A stretch of DNA of 64,000 nt from Stegostoma tigrinum (Eukaryota), in contig NC_081362.1 of the NCBI RefSeq assembly GCF_030684315.1, forward strand, positions 43,861,744 to 43,925,743. The letters run 5' to 3'. A program made the position numbers and the translations under genes. Positions within the stretch are counted from its first letter, which is position 1. Every line of letters starts with the position of its first letter. Of this stretch, positions 37,536 through 51,720 are shown one piece after another. Under the pieces are notes generated by a model that did not search any database, was not told where the DNA came from, and saw nothing but the letters and a program-made list of their open reading frames with translations.

Positions 37536-39639
37536 TGGTGCCCTTGCCTCATACAGCTGGAAGCCATCTGCAGTTATAGCATTGGGCTTGCAAAAGGCAT
37601 TCGGTGCCCAACAGTGTGGAGTGCAAATGTTGGCCGCAAGCAATCTGTACGATGCCATTAGATATTGCTGATTGAAGATAGTCATCTTGGTGAAGCAGAA
37701 AGTAATCACCAGTGACCTTAAATCAGGCATCTACAGGCCATGAAGCACAAAGTTACTGTCGACATCAAAGGCTACACAGGGGCATGTAACTGATTTCCTG
37801 TCACCCCGAACTGTAAGCATTCTCGACCATGCTGTTATGTGCAATGATCCCTTTCTTGAGTGATGTGGGGCTGAGAGGACGGGGATTCAGTACTCATGCA
37901 GCACTTATAATCTGCTACTATTTGTCGCATCATAACTTGAGCTGCATTCATTGATATAAGATCCAATGTCAAATCATTCCAAGGCCCTCATTGTCAGAAT
38001 GCTCCATGTCTCACTGTATGGAGGTGTGTGACAAGCCATCCTTTTTGTGAATGATGCAATTGCTCACACTACTAAGGCATTGTTCTGAGCCCTGAGAAGG
38101 AATGGTTTTGGTGGCTACCCCACCAAGTGCCTGGTGAAAGGCTATTCCAGCCTATCAACGTTTGACTGAATTCACAGCTGAGTGGTCAAATTTGATGCCA
38201 GTTCTAGTGATCCTGAATATCTTAGCAATGACGAGAATCATGGGGAGAGGTCAAAGCAGATCAGCGTCAGATAAGTGGATGCTGTGGTAGCAGTGTACTG
38301 AATTAATGAGGTGAATTTGGGAACATACTGTGAGAAAATTCACTAGGCCACATGGAAGTGCACTAAGCTGATTTCTGGTAAAACTCAGCTCATTGTTTTG
38401 GTCTCCAAAACAATTATTTTAAACTTGCGTCTGGAATTTGTTATATTAATATAAGATTTAAATTTGATCACATACTGATGTCTCGACAGACTTAATTTGA
38501 CTTCTTCATGTATTTTTTCTCTGGAACCTCAGAGGATTTGAATACAGTATTCAATGCTTCTGAATCTATTTTAATAAATTATGCTCAATAAGATTCATTT
38601 ATCACTTAAACTCATTGAGTTCAAACAAAACGTTACTGCAAATTAGCTAACTTTGTGGCTGAAATAAGTGTATTAGAAAATAATAAAACAACATTCAATC
38701 TACAGATAACATATCTCCCAGTTCTCTATACATATTATTTAGGGAGATATTGTATTACTTCAAATAAAGAGCAATTGTGGTGCATTATTTTCTGAGAGCC
38801 AGTTATATTTTTCAACACAGCAATCAATCCAAGTAAATTATATAACATTTCCTCAGCATCTCCACAATGTTAAATTTTAAATACATTTTTAAATTACTTG
38901 GTTACATTTTTGTTCCTTCTGTATAGTAGCAATTTAACCACAAGTGGCTCACATATTTAATAAAAAGATAAGACTTTGAATTTTAAACATGAGCATTATT
39001 TAAAATAGGTGGTGAATTATTTCTTTAGTTAACAAACATTATCCATCTATTTTGGATTTATATGTATATTTCTAAAGTTGAAGTGGCAATCCAAACCATG
39101 CATGAAAGTTCTGAAAATAGCATTCAGTAAAATTTGAGGTGGGATTACTTCCAGTTTTGGAAGGACAGACGCCAAAACAATGCAAGTAAGTTGTCTACAG
39201 ATTCTTGTCATTAGTCTCAGTTGCAAGACAATGGCTGAACAGGCTGTCATACTGAACTGATCTCACATTTTTGTTGCTTACTTCACTGTCCTTTTTTTAT
39301 TAGCATTTCACCAATGAACTAGAAAAATCGTTAGTAGATTTATAAGTTTAGTAATGTGATCAGTCAGAAGAAATCCATACTCAGTTCATACTTCTGTTAA
39401 AAATTCCATCATTTGGACCAAAAGAACATATTTATTCCTTTTCCACATGGTCAAGTTGACCATGCTCCCATGTTAAGTATCAAGATAATAATTTCCCTCA
39501 TCATCATGAAACTCTGGAGCATGGAAAGTATCCATTTGATCCAATATGCCTAAACTTGCTATGTGTGAGAGTTATCCGGTTTCTCTGATTCCAAATAATC
39601 TTAATTTTCTCTTTCAGCTCAATGCCAAGTGTGTACAGT

Positions 39640-41130
39640 CTATACAATTGAGAATAGTTGGCTGGCTTAGATTAGTTCCTGCTTTTTGTGCGCAGGAGGT
39701 ACTTGGGTAATTTTGCACATTTGTGGCTGCCTGCTGGTATTGTAATTGTATTGGAAGAGCTTGGCTTGGGATGCGGCAAGTTCTGAAGCATAAGTCTTCA
39801 ATACTATTGTCGGAAAGTTGTCAGAGCCCAGAGGTTTTGTAGTATCCAGTGTTTAGCAGTTTCTTAATATGTCAAGTGAATTGGCTTGGCTGAAGACTGG
39901 CATCTGCGTTGCTGGGACTGTCCGATGAGGCTGATCTGAATCAGCCACTTGGCACTTCTGGCTGAAGATTATTACAAATATTTCAACCTTAACTTTTTGC
40001 AGTGAAGTTCTGTGCTCCTCCATTATTGAAAATGAAATATTTGTGCTTATTCCTCCTCTAGTGAATTGGTTAATTCTCCACGAACTTTCACAAGTGGATA
40101 TGGCAGCACTGCAGAGCTCAGATCTGATCTGTTGGTTTTAGAGTTATTTAGCTCTGTCTATCAAAAGCTGTTAATGCTGCTTGACCTGCAAGTCATCCTA
40201 TTTGGTAGCTTTACCTGATTGACAGCTAATATTTAGGTATCCCTGATGCTGCTTCCAGCATGCCCTCCTAGTTTACCCACTGAAACAGGGTTCATCCCCT
40301 GATTTGATGATTATAGTTGAGTAGGGGATATTCAGGGTCATGAGGTTGCAGATTGTGCTGGAGTACAGTTCTGCTTCTGTTGATAGCTCTCAGCACCTCT
40401 TGGATGCCCAGACCTGAGTTGCTGGATTTTATTCAAATTCCATCCCATTTAGAACAATGATTGTGCCACACAACACAACAGAGAAATATTCTCAATACAA
40501 TGATGAAATTTCATCTCCTCAATGACTGTGTGGTGTCATTCTCACCAATAATATCATGAACTGATGCATCTGAATTAGGTAGATGGGTGAAGGTCAGGTC
40601 AAGTATATTTTCCCACTTGCCACCTCCCTCACCACCTGTTATAGACACAGTCTAGCAGTTATGTTCTTTAGGACCCAACCAGCTTGATCAGTAGTGATCC
40701 TGTTGAGCTACACTTCATCGTGGACATTCAAGTCCCAACTCAGAGTACATTCTGCGCCCTTGCCATCCTCAGTCCTTCCTCCAAGTGCTGTTCAACATGG
40801 AGGAACACTGATTCACCAGCAGAAGGGAGGATGGGGGACAGTACTTGGTCATTAATAGGAAGTTTCTTTGTTCCCCTTTAACTTGACGCCATGAGACTCC
40901 ACAAGGTTAGGGTTCAATGTTGAGGTCTCCTAGGGAATGCCCTGCTAACTGCATACTGCTGTCCTGCCAGTAGTTCAGGGATGGTGATGATGATTTTTGA
41001 GACATTGCCTGTGAGGTACAATTCTGTTGGTATTATTGTTGTCAGACTGTTGCTTGCCTAGTCTGCGAGAAAATTCTCCCAATTTTGACTCTAGCTCCCA
41101 GATGTTAGTAAAGAAGACTTTTATATGGAT
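39640..41130 (-). mobile_element. Degenerate non-LTR retrotransposon (endonuclease-to-RT linker region)
   Basis: Shares segments with 7400-7560 and 8930-9020 (cctcctc[c/t]agt..gttg.ttaatt). Antisense gggacttgaatgtccac resembles the APE GDFNVH motif. Confidence 0.6.
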
Positions 41131-41323
41131 GTCTGCCTCAGTTGGTCGGTGGATTTTTAAAAAAAAATAATCAACCAGTTTCATGAAATTTCTAGAAATT
41201 TTATTGAGTTTTACTTTAATTCAACCACCTGCTATGGTTCCCAAATATTATCTGGATTTCTGAATTGCTGTTCCAACGACAGTATCACCTTGTTGTTGCC
41301 ACCGGGTATTTGTGTTAGGGAAT

Positions 41324-42399
41324 TGATGATGGTACCAAGAATTTAAGAGGTGTATTTTATAATTCTTTTATGAAAAGAGGTTGAGACTGAGGTGAAGAGC
41401 AGTTTATTCCAAGCCAATAATGTAAACAACTTATGAGGCCTTGTTTGTTTTTAGAAGTTGGAACAATAGAAGCAGCATGAATGGGTGGTGTCAGGCTCCC
41501 ACAGAACCAGGATTTTAGTTCAGCTTTCAGTATTTGTTGGGGTTTTAAACCTGTCATGTATCTCTCCCGTCTACAGCAAAACACACTCCCTGCCAGAATT
41601 TCTCTTGATGTTCTTTCCTCCTGGACTGTAGAAACATTACAAGTGAGACAATCTAGTGAGTTTTGATAAGATTTGTAGCTCAGGTTGAGGTTCTGGATGT
41701 GAGTTTGCTCGCTGAGCTGGAAGATTAGTTTTCAGACGTTTCGTCACCATACTAGGTAACATCATCAGTGTGCCTCTGACGAAGCGCTGGTGTTATGTCC
41801 CGCTTTCTATTTATCTGGTTAGGTTTTCTTGGGTGGGTGATGTCATTTCCTGTGTTGGTGATGTCATTTCCTATTCTTTTTCTCAGGGGATGGTAGATTG
41901 GCTCCAAATCAATGTGTTTGTTGATGGAGTTCCGGTTGGAATGCCATGCTTCTAGGAATTCTCGTGCATGTCTCTGTTTGGCTTGTCCTAGGATGGATGT
42001 GTTGTCCCAATCAAAGTGGTGTCCTTCCTCATCTGTATGTAAGGATACGAGTGATAGTGGGTCATGTCGTTTTGTGAGACAATCTATTTTGCTGGATTTG
42101 CCCTTGCCAAGGGTGTTTTTATGTGATGTTACTATATTGGAACAGTTGCTGTTTAGTACTTAAATAATCTATTATTCTGTTCAGTTTTCCAAAGGAGTTA
42201 AAGTTAAACCAATTCTCTTCTCTTTCATTTATATTTAAAATGTAGAGCAAGAATAAAGAGTGTTTTTCTTAAAGCTAAACCGTACAGCCAGTCAAATTGC
42301 ATCCGGAACAAAGCACCTTATACTTGCCTTTAAATAAGAAAAAGTTAGGGTCTAGGCTATCTCCTTGACATTTTTGAAGGCTTGGTCCAGTCCATAACA
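41324..42399 (+). mobile_element. Probable solo LTR, interrupted by a PLE fragment
   Basis: Begins TG, ends ...CCATAACA, contains AATAAA. Collinear with the reverse complement of 56870-57505. Confidence 0.55.
41656..42073 (-). mobile_element. Penelope/Poseidon-type 3' fragment with hammerhead and 13-bp TSD
   Basis: Highly similar to 16746-17130. Hammerhead at 41735-41768 (-). TSD GTGAGACAATCTA at 41643-41655 and 42074-42086. Confidence 0.9.
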
Positions 42400-44580
42400 A
42401 ATCCCATATCCATATTCTGTAGCGTAATATCTCCATGTAAATCAAAATCTTCTTTATTGTTTCATTATTTCTGCCATACATGGGTTTTACAGTATTAGTC
42501 TGCATCAAGGCTTAGAATGTATCATTTTTTGTTTATATTTAAATGAGAAATTCTTAGTGTCTCTAGTGTTTTTTTTTCTTAAAGTGTATAATTTCTGTTA
42601 TCAAAATTGTGAATTTCCTTTGCACTTTCCATGACTTTGACATTCTTCCTAATTTACTTGCCAAACTCAGACAGAATATGCTAGTTTAAGTAAAAACAAA
42701 GTCATGAAATCTGGCAGCACCAGCGAAGACAGGAACAAGCGCAGCTAGACCTGAGTTTCTCTAGCATTTTTTGCGTTTGTTGCATTTTTAACCTTTTATT
42801 ACAATACTATTGTAATATTACAACATGCAAACTTCTACAAACTTTACATGTTATTTTCATTTCATTTTGTACTCCATGACCTTTTTCAAAATCATGTTTA
42901 CAACTGTGTCAATATTTTATTCTTCAGCTATGAAAGAATTGATTATCTAAACACTTGAATCACTTTCCTTGTAAAATTTGGCCACATTGTCAGAGTTCCT
43001 CTTTATATTTTTGCTCCTAAAGTGTGTCACATCACATTTTGCCAAGTTTAAATTTCATCCAGTATATACTTACCTAAATTTCTTAATCCACATACTTGTC
43101 TGTATTTTTCCTCAAATTGTGAGTTTCTTTTTCATTCTTTATACTGCTCCCTTCTTTTTAGCTCTCTCTGAAAGATTTTACATGGTGCTTACACACCCAA
43201 ATAAGAAAATTTATTTCTATTGAGAAACTTATATCTTAACTCTGACCTCTAGAGGAACACCACATCTCTTAAGTCCAAAAAAGATCCATTCTCCTGTTTT
43301 CTGTACTGTGGCAGTAATTTTCACACAGATACTGAAAAAAAACAAAAATAAAAATAATTATGCAAGTGGATCTCAGGTCATTCCTACTCAGGAAAATGAT
43401 TGTATTTACATATTTCAGTGGGCTGATACCCACTCACTGGAAAAAAAAGCTTTAAAACAAGGAATTAATGTTTTCTGCATGCATCCAAACTAGGATGCCA
43501 TAGGCTGCCCTTGGAGACCCATTACAACCCGGAAATTAGAATCAATTTTACTGGCAACAACTTGTAACAAAGTCCAGGGAGGGGGGAATGAAAATCTTAT
43601 GGATATTAGTAAGCACAGCTCAGATCAGGAGCTGCCACAGTTTTAATATGAAGGTAGAAGGAGAACTCTTCATCTGCCTTAACCCAAATTAGGGTGCACG
43701 TAAAATTTGTCTGATGGTCTCAGTTGCCTCCATTGAGCAATGGCCAATCTAGTTGCTGTAAAACAGAAAAGATGAACTGTACTTTGTTCAGAAGAAGAAC
43801 TGACTGATCATGAGGAATATCACACGCGAACCTTGATATCAACGCAGAACCATAATTTCAATATTGAGATCTGAGCTGATATTAGATGGCTTCAAATGCT
43901 TCAAATAATTTCCCACTGAATTTCGTACTAGTCCACAAATAAGTACAGATCAACATAATTTGCCTATGTTGCACTAGTTTTGTGACTGTAATCCAGATGC
44001 AGCATTATTAAATTTCTTTTCCTTTGATACATTTTCCTTTGTCTGAGGAGAGGTGATAAAAGAGTCCTTAGTTCATTACTACACATTATTAATCTCAAGT
44101 TAATACCAAATTATTATATAGATGTGATAATTAGATCTTCCTTCAAGCTATGTAAAATATATTTCATTTCCCACAACAATATATTTTTATACAGCACCTT
44201 TAATGTAATGAAACATCCACAAATGTTAAAATGTTTGTTAATCATAGCTTCACATCACTCAATCCTGACATTTTCACATTGCAATGTAAATCTGTTTTAA
44301 TGTGGACAATTTTGATCCAACAAAAATGTCTAGACCAATGTTAAGTAGTTCTGCTTGGGTGCTTCATGGCCCATATTGCAATCAGTATCAATGGATGTGA
44401 TCGCCACATTGTATTTTACTTGTCAGTTTCAATGCCACCAGCAATACACCTGTGGGAAAAAAAAACATCATGTTGTTTGGCATATAGCATCAACATGCAT
44501 ATTTAAGGAAGGTCACATTGTTATTGACATTATCAGTTTTAAGAACTTTAAGTTCAGAGTGAGAGAAGGCTATTACAAAG

Positions 44581-44960
44581 GATTTGCATTTATATAGCAC
44601 ATTATCATACTCTCGGGGCATAACCAAGCAATTTACATCCAGTAAAATTAGTTTCCAAGTGAAACCATGAATATTGCTAAAAAAGATAAACACCAGAGTT
44701 GATCTTTGCACAGCAAAATTCTACAAACAGCAAATGAAATGGATAAACAGTTAATTTGTCTTTGAATATGTTGGTTCAGTTTAGAATACCGACTAGGGAC
44801 ACCACGGAAATTGTGCACAATCATTCATATAGTGCTATGGGAGTTTTCATCTCACCTGAACATGAGCTCAATTTTCCCTCAACATGTCAACGTCATCTGA
44901 GACTGCATTTAAGAGCCATCTTGAGTGAAGCTTGAACCAACAGCCTACTAATTCAACGGC
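44581..44960 (-). mobile_element. Degenerate Deu-domain (SacSINE1-like) SINE
   Basis: ttgcatttatatagc tail, gcacagcaaaattctacaaacagcaa, gacacca, atagtgctatggga...cacctga and gcttgaacc (antisense B box), in the order recalled for shark DeuSINEs. Confidence 0.55.
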
Positions 44961-46723
44961 ACAAACACATTTTAAAATTGTGTTCTTAGGTTTAAAATGC
45001 CACTTTTGTACAACTTGCATTTATAATAAAGGAACATTTTCCCACAACAAATAATACAAAAATCATCTCTAGTATCTACATTAAGAAGATTCTTAAAAGT
45101 GCAAAATTTTGAGGTCATATATGTTGCTTGGAATGGAATCCATATGGAGTGGCATAGTTTATAAAAAAATCTTCAAAATATAAATCAACAGCGATGCTAA
45201 GACAGTCAAATTTAACACTGTAAACTGTACTGTTCTCTAAAAGGTCTATGAATGTAAAGCAACTCCTCAGATGTAAATTGTTGTAATTTTTTCTCAGTTA
45301 TAGTTGGTATAAATACAGGCCTATATTTTTGTAATGTGCTAAAAGAGACAGAAAATGATGCAGAAATGATCTATATGTTAAATGTGATCTAATTGCCGAG
45401 AAATACTGTCTAAAAAAGAATAGAGAAGAAAAACTAGTAAAAAAGACATATGAATTTTACAGTATTATTTGATGAACAGTGGAAAGGATAGCAATAGAAA
45501 TATATTGTGTCTATTGTAATAAAGTAAAAATAATGAAACTATCAAGAAAGAATTGAGATGTAACTGATATCAATTCCAGAAAATTAAACCCAATAAAGAA
45601 AGAGTAAACCAGTAATCAAAGCAGTCAATGGAATAAATAATAGAAGAGGGTAATGTAATTGTAAAGAGATATTGACATATATTTAAATGAAAAATATATG
45701 AAATTGTAATAGTAATAGTGACAGTCAGTGGGCAAACTGCAGAATTTGAAACTTCTGTACCTTGTATTACGTAAGTTTTTTTGTTCTTTGCATATCAGAA
45801 AATGTTTTCTAACTAATTCAATAATATTAATGGTATTGTGACTATCTATACTAGATGTTAGTATTTAGAAACATATCAGTTGGTCCTTCTTTGCTGCATA
45901 AAATAAAGGTTTGTTTGATTATTCAAGAACAATGGACAAATCTGCATTACATCCACGCAGACTCAACATCTGAAACATTTATTAGATTCGTAAACTACTG
46001 AGTAGGATCAAGACCAATATCAGAGGACACCACCAAATTTAAAAAGAGTAAAAGAGGTGAATTTGAAATTCAGTAAAGTATGGAAACATTAATATATGCA
46101 AAATTAACAGATTTAACTTTAATTCAGTGCTTATATTTTATTCAGGATCCGATTACAGAATGATGAGTAAACGTTCTTGAACCCAAAATCTATTAGCAAT
46201 CTCTTGCAGCACAAGTAGTAACTGGTAAAGCATCAGCTTGTTCAGTTGACCAAAGCCTCTGATGCTGCTTGGCATGCTGTGTTCATCCAGCTCTACACCT
46301 TGTAATCACAAGAATAATTGTGATATCATAACGTAGAATAAATCTTTGATAGAACATTACTTTGCACAAAGCAAATCTGGTGACTTCCAGTTTTGCTGCT
46401 GTTAAATTTTTGCGACCAACCAAAAGGCATAAGCAAATTCATCAGGATACATCACCAAATACCATGCAGAAACTAAGACAGAACAAGTGGAAATGCGTTG
46501 GAGTATGGAGGTTGCCTGATTTACAATGAGACAATCAGTGACGTTGTATACATTGTTTAGTAATTCAACTAAACTACATGTCCAAATAAATATAATCGGG
46601 AAAATTGATGATTTAAGTATTGTTGCTTATGAATTAATTTAAAAAACAAGAAAAATGTAGCTTCTAACCTGGTTTATTTTCGCACCAATTGATATTTCAA
46701 AGAAACTCCAGCTTCAACATTAT

Positions 46724-46985
46724 GGATAACACAGCGTGGAGCTGGAGGAACACAGCAGGCCAGGCAGCATCACAGGAGCAGGAAAGTTGACGTTTTGGAT
46801 CGGGACCCTTCTTCAGAAATGGGGAGGGGTAAGGGAGCTGGGAAATAACTAAAGAGGAGGGATGGGGCTGGGGAAGGTAGGTGGTATGGTGATAGGTGAG
46901 TGCAGGTAGGGAGTGGTGGGGATTGGTCAATGAGGTGGGAGGGGCGGATAGGTGGAAGAGAAGAAAAATAAAATGGCTGCAGTGA
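46724..46985 (-). mobile_element. PLE 3' end fragment with hammerhead-like motif
   Basis: Antisense tail, gacgttttggatcgggacccttcttcag and a purine-rich tract. Confidence 0.75.
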
Positions 46986-47920
46986 GGCAAAGACAGCATG
47001 TAGGAGAAGGAACATATCTTTAATGTACTCCTTTCCTCCAGCTGTCAGAACTCTCATAATATCAGATCCTCCTTACTTGTTAGTCCACCCACCCTCAGTT
47101 GAGGATCAGAATTCCTTCTGGATCAGATCAACACTGGCCCTTCACTCCAGAAACCCTGAAAATGATACTGGTCCTTCCATGTCCTACAACCAATTTTGGA
47201 ATACTTCTCACCTTGCTGGAAGCCTTGACCAGCAATCAGGCAGGCTTCTGGGCAGCTAATTATCTGGATCAGAAAAACACAATTAAAAATCCATAATAGC
47301 CTGAAGGACCACACACTTTGAGGCATACCAATTGTCCTAGCTCATCAACAAGACAGTGAGATGGAGGGACTGGCATTAATTATAGGAGAAAGCTGATGGT
47401 AATCATGGCGTGGGAAAAATAGGAGGAAAGTAGTGTTGATTGTCAGAGGTTTTGGCCAAGGTCATGGTGATGTCGGACAAGTAGGGCAAAGATAGCAGTA
47501 TTCAGTGGTGTGACAAATGGAAGGCAGGAGTTCCAGGGGATTATGGAGGCAAGAATTGAGGCAGGTTGATGTCTATATAATTTCATGTCAGTGGCAAGCA
47601 TGTTGAATTACTAACACCATACCACCCATGCCATTTTCAGGAAAGCCAGTTCAGTCACAGAATGGCTACATACAAGCAGTGGGTAGCTTGTGTAGGCAAG
47701 TCAAAGGCCAAAAATAATGATGAGAGGCTGAGTGGCATTTTCTAATTGGCCTTGGGGCACCCCATAGCACTGACAGCATTGACAGCTGTACGGAGGCAGC
47801 CTTCCTGTGGTAGACTGAAGGCCTAGTCCATGTCAAAGACTTTCAGTCTCTCACAGTCTACCTGGTTACAGCTATAGCTCTGAGTCACCAGGGGAAGGAG
47901 TCCTAACTTCAAATCAGAGG

Positions 47921-50900
47921 TGGAGATAATAGGAACAGCAGATGCTGGAGAATCCGAGATAACAAGGTGTGGAGCTGGATGAACACAGCAGGCCAAGCAG
48001 CATCTTAGGAGCAGGAAAGCTGACCATTCGGGCCTAGATCCTTCATCAGAAATGGGGGAAGGGAAGAGGGTTCTGAAATAAATAGGGAGAGAAGGGGAGG
48101 CAGATTGAAGCTGGATAGAGCAGAAGATAGGTGGAGAAGAGACAGACAAGTTAAAAAGGCGGGGATAGAGCCAATAAAAGTGAGTATAGGTGGGGAGGTA
48201 GGGGGGGATAGGTCAGTCCGGGGAGGACAGACAGGTCAAGGGGGGCAGGCTGAGGTTAGTAGTTGGGAAACTGGAGTGCAGCTTGAGGTGGGAGGAGGGG
48301 ATAGGTAAGAGGAAGAACAGGTTAGGGAGGCAGGGACGAGCTGAGCTGGTTTTGGGGTGCGGTGGGGGGAGGGGAGATTTTGAAGCTTATGAAATCCACA
48401 TTGATACCCTTGGGCTGCAAGGTTCCCAAGCAGAATATGAGTTGCTGTTCCTGCAAACTTCAGGTGGCATCGTTGTGGCACTGCAGGAAGCCCAGGATGG
48501 ACATGTCTTCTGAGGAATGGGAGGGGGAGTTGAAATGGTTTGTGACTGAGAGGTGCAGCTGTTTCAGCTGCAGAGGAGACAGCAACACTGAGTCCTGCTG
48601 AATCTTCACCATCCCCTCAGACCTCGTCCTTACTGAGCACAAACGGTCATTACTCAGTAAAGGGCTCACGTTTGTTCCCCTCCACCCACACATCAATGAA
48701 CACCAGTCACGTCTGGACATTGAACAATTTTTCCGCCACCTCCGCCTCCACGCTTATTTCTTTAACAATGAGCCTCCATTTACTCTCCATTTACTGAACA
48801 CTTCTCCCGTCTCCAATACAAGCCCTCCTCCTGGACACCACCCCAAGGCCTCCTACCCTCCCTTGACCTCTTCATCTCCAACTGCCGTCGAGACATCAAT
48901 CGCCACAAGCTCTCCACTCCTCCCATCCACTCCAATTTCTCCCCCGCAGAATGTGCAGCCGTCTGCTCCCTCTTTTCCAATCCCAACCTCACCATAAAGC
49001 CGTGGACAAGGGAGGTGCTGTTGTAATATGGCACACTGACCTCTACACCACTGAGGCCAGACACCAACTCTCCAACACCACCTCTTACCATCCCCTGGAT
49101 CATGACCCCACCCCCTAGCACCAAACCATCATCTCTCAAACCATCCACAACCTCATCACCTCAGGTGAACTCCCACCCACAGACTCCAACCTCATCATTC
49201 CCCAACCCCACACCACCCACTTCCATCTCCTTCCCAAAATCCACAAACCTTCCTGCCCTGGTCGACCCATTGTCTCAGCCTGTTCCTGCCCCACCGAACA
49301 CATCTCCACTTATCTGGACTCCATTTTCTCCCCCTTGGTCCAGGAACTCCCTACCTGGACTGGGGAGTGAAACCACTCACACCCTCCACCTCCTCCAGAA
49401 CTTCCAATTCCCTGACCCCCAACACATTATTTTTACGATAGACATCCAGTCCCCATACACCTGCATTCCGCATGCAGATGGCCTAAAGGTCCTCCGCTTC
49501 TTCCTGTTCCACAGGCCTGACCATCCCCCTCACCCACTTAGCTGAATTCATCCTTACCCTCAACAACTTCCCTTTCAATTCCTCCTACTTCCTACAGACA
49601 AAGGGGGTGGCCATGGGCACCCGTATGGGCCCAAGCTATGCCTGTCTCTTTGAAGGTTAAGAGGTACAATCCCTCTTCCATACCTACACTGGCCCTAAAC
49701 CCCACCTCTTCCTCCATTACATCCGTTACATTGATGACTGTTTCGACACCGCCTCATGCTCCCACGAGGAGCTCGAACAGTTCATCCACTTCACCAACAC
49801 ATTCCACTCCAACCTTATCTATAACATCTCCCTCACCTTCCTGGACCTCTCTGTCACGATCTCGGGCAACCACCTAGAAACCGATAAGCATTTCAAGCCC
49901 ACTGACTCCCACAGCTACCTAGAATACACCTTCTCCCACCCACCTTCTTGCAAAAATGCCACCTCCTATTCCTAATTCCTTCACCTCCACCGCATCTGCT
50001 CCCAGGATGAGGCATTCCATTCCCACACATCTCAGATGTCCTCGTTTTTCAACCAAAATAACGACCAAAAGAGAATCCCCCTCGCCCTCATCCTCACATA
50101 CGACCCCACCAACCTCCAGATTCAATGCATCATCCTCCGACACTTCCACCATCTGAAACCTGACCCCACCATGAAAGGCATTTTTCCCTCTCCACCCTTG
50201 TCTGCTTTCCGGAGGGACCACTCTCTCCATGACTCCTTTGCCTGCTCCACACTCCCCTCCAGCCCCACCACACCCAGCACTTTACCCTGCATCCCCCCTC
50301 ACCCCTATCCCAGGCCCCAAGAAGACTTTCCACATCAAGTAGATGTTCAACTGCACATCTGCTAATGTGGTACACTGCATCTGCTGTACCAGTTGTGGCC
50401 TCCTCTACATTGGGGAAACCAAGTGGAGGCTTGGGGACCACTTTGCAGCACACCTATGCTCAGTTCGCAATAAACAACTGCACCTCCCAGTTGCAAACCA
50501 TTTCAACTCCCCCTCCCATTCCTCAATGACATATCCATCCTGGGTCTCCTGCAGTGCCATAATGATGCCACCCAAAGGTTGCAGGAACAGCAGCTTATAC
50601 TCTGCTTGGGAACCCTGCAGCCCAATGGTATCAATGTGGATTTCACAAGCTTCAAAATCTCCCCTTTCCCCACCACATCCCAAAACCAGCCCAGTTCATC
50701 CCTGCCTCCATAAACTGTTCTTCCTCTCACCTATCCCCTCCTCCCACCTCAAGCCACACCCCCATTTCCTACCTACTCACCTCATCCCGCCCCCCTGTCC
50801 GGTCTGTCCTCCCTGGACTGACCTATCTCCTCCCTACCTCCCCACCTACACTCATCTTTACTGGCTCCATCCCCACGTCTTTAACTTGTCTGTCTTCTCC

Positions 50901-51046
50901 CCACCTATCTTCTCCTCTATCCATCTTCAATCCACCTCCCCCTCTCTCCCTATTTATTTCAGAACGCTCTTTCAGCTTTGGTCAGCTTTCCTGCTCCTAA
51001 GATGCTGCTTGGCTTGTTGTGTTCATCAAGCTCTACACCTCGTGTT
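47921..51046 (+). mobile_element. Penelope-like element: inverted 3' arm (47921-48570) plus sense body (48580-51046), one insertion
   Basis: Body is collinear with 26143-28482 (SKGLTFVP, PKIHKP, KGVAMG, YIDD, LYIGETK). TSD TTCAAAT[CA/TG]GAGG at 47908-47920 and 51047-51059. Confidence 0.9.
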
Positions 51047-51720
51047 TTCAAATTGGAGGCCTTGCCCCGAGCATCAAGGTAGGGTCTGAATGGAACTGCA
51101 CATGTAGTCCTGAAGCAGTTCATGTTTTTTTTGAAAGTTGGGCTGAGAAGAACGCTTTAACTTCTTGTATTTCAACTGTCACAACTTTATAATTAGAAAA
51201 CTATATATTTTTCAAACTAGAAGATCTCCCTTTAAGTGGGCATAAGGGATCAAAAAAAGATGGTTTTGGCAGTCATTTGACTGTCCATTGTTGATTGATT
51301 TCAGCCAGAAAGGCAGACGGGATACTATATTACATTAGTACCAATTACAAAGGAAGACATTTAGGATTTGTTTAACCCTGTAACAAAACAATGGGTTTTT
51401 CTTAATGTGTTAGATTTCAAAGCTTCTGGGGAAGAAGTACAGAAGACTCGAATGACCTGGCAGAGGATTCCAAGTTTGTTTTGTGAAGTAATGATTCATC
51501 CAAAGTTTACGTACCAACCATCTTAAATTTTGATCGAAATATTTTTGCACGTTATTGAATTTGTAATGTTATTTCTACAATAACTTCTACGTTCAGCAAT
51601 GTGAAGCCCAATGCAACTGTGAACAGGGCAGCTGGGTTGATTTAATCTTGCATAGAGGCTGTTCAATAGTCTCCTCAATGTTAGAAAACCTCCACAGACT
51701 AAGCTGGAGGTAGAACGAAC

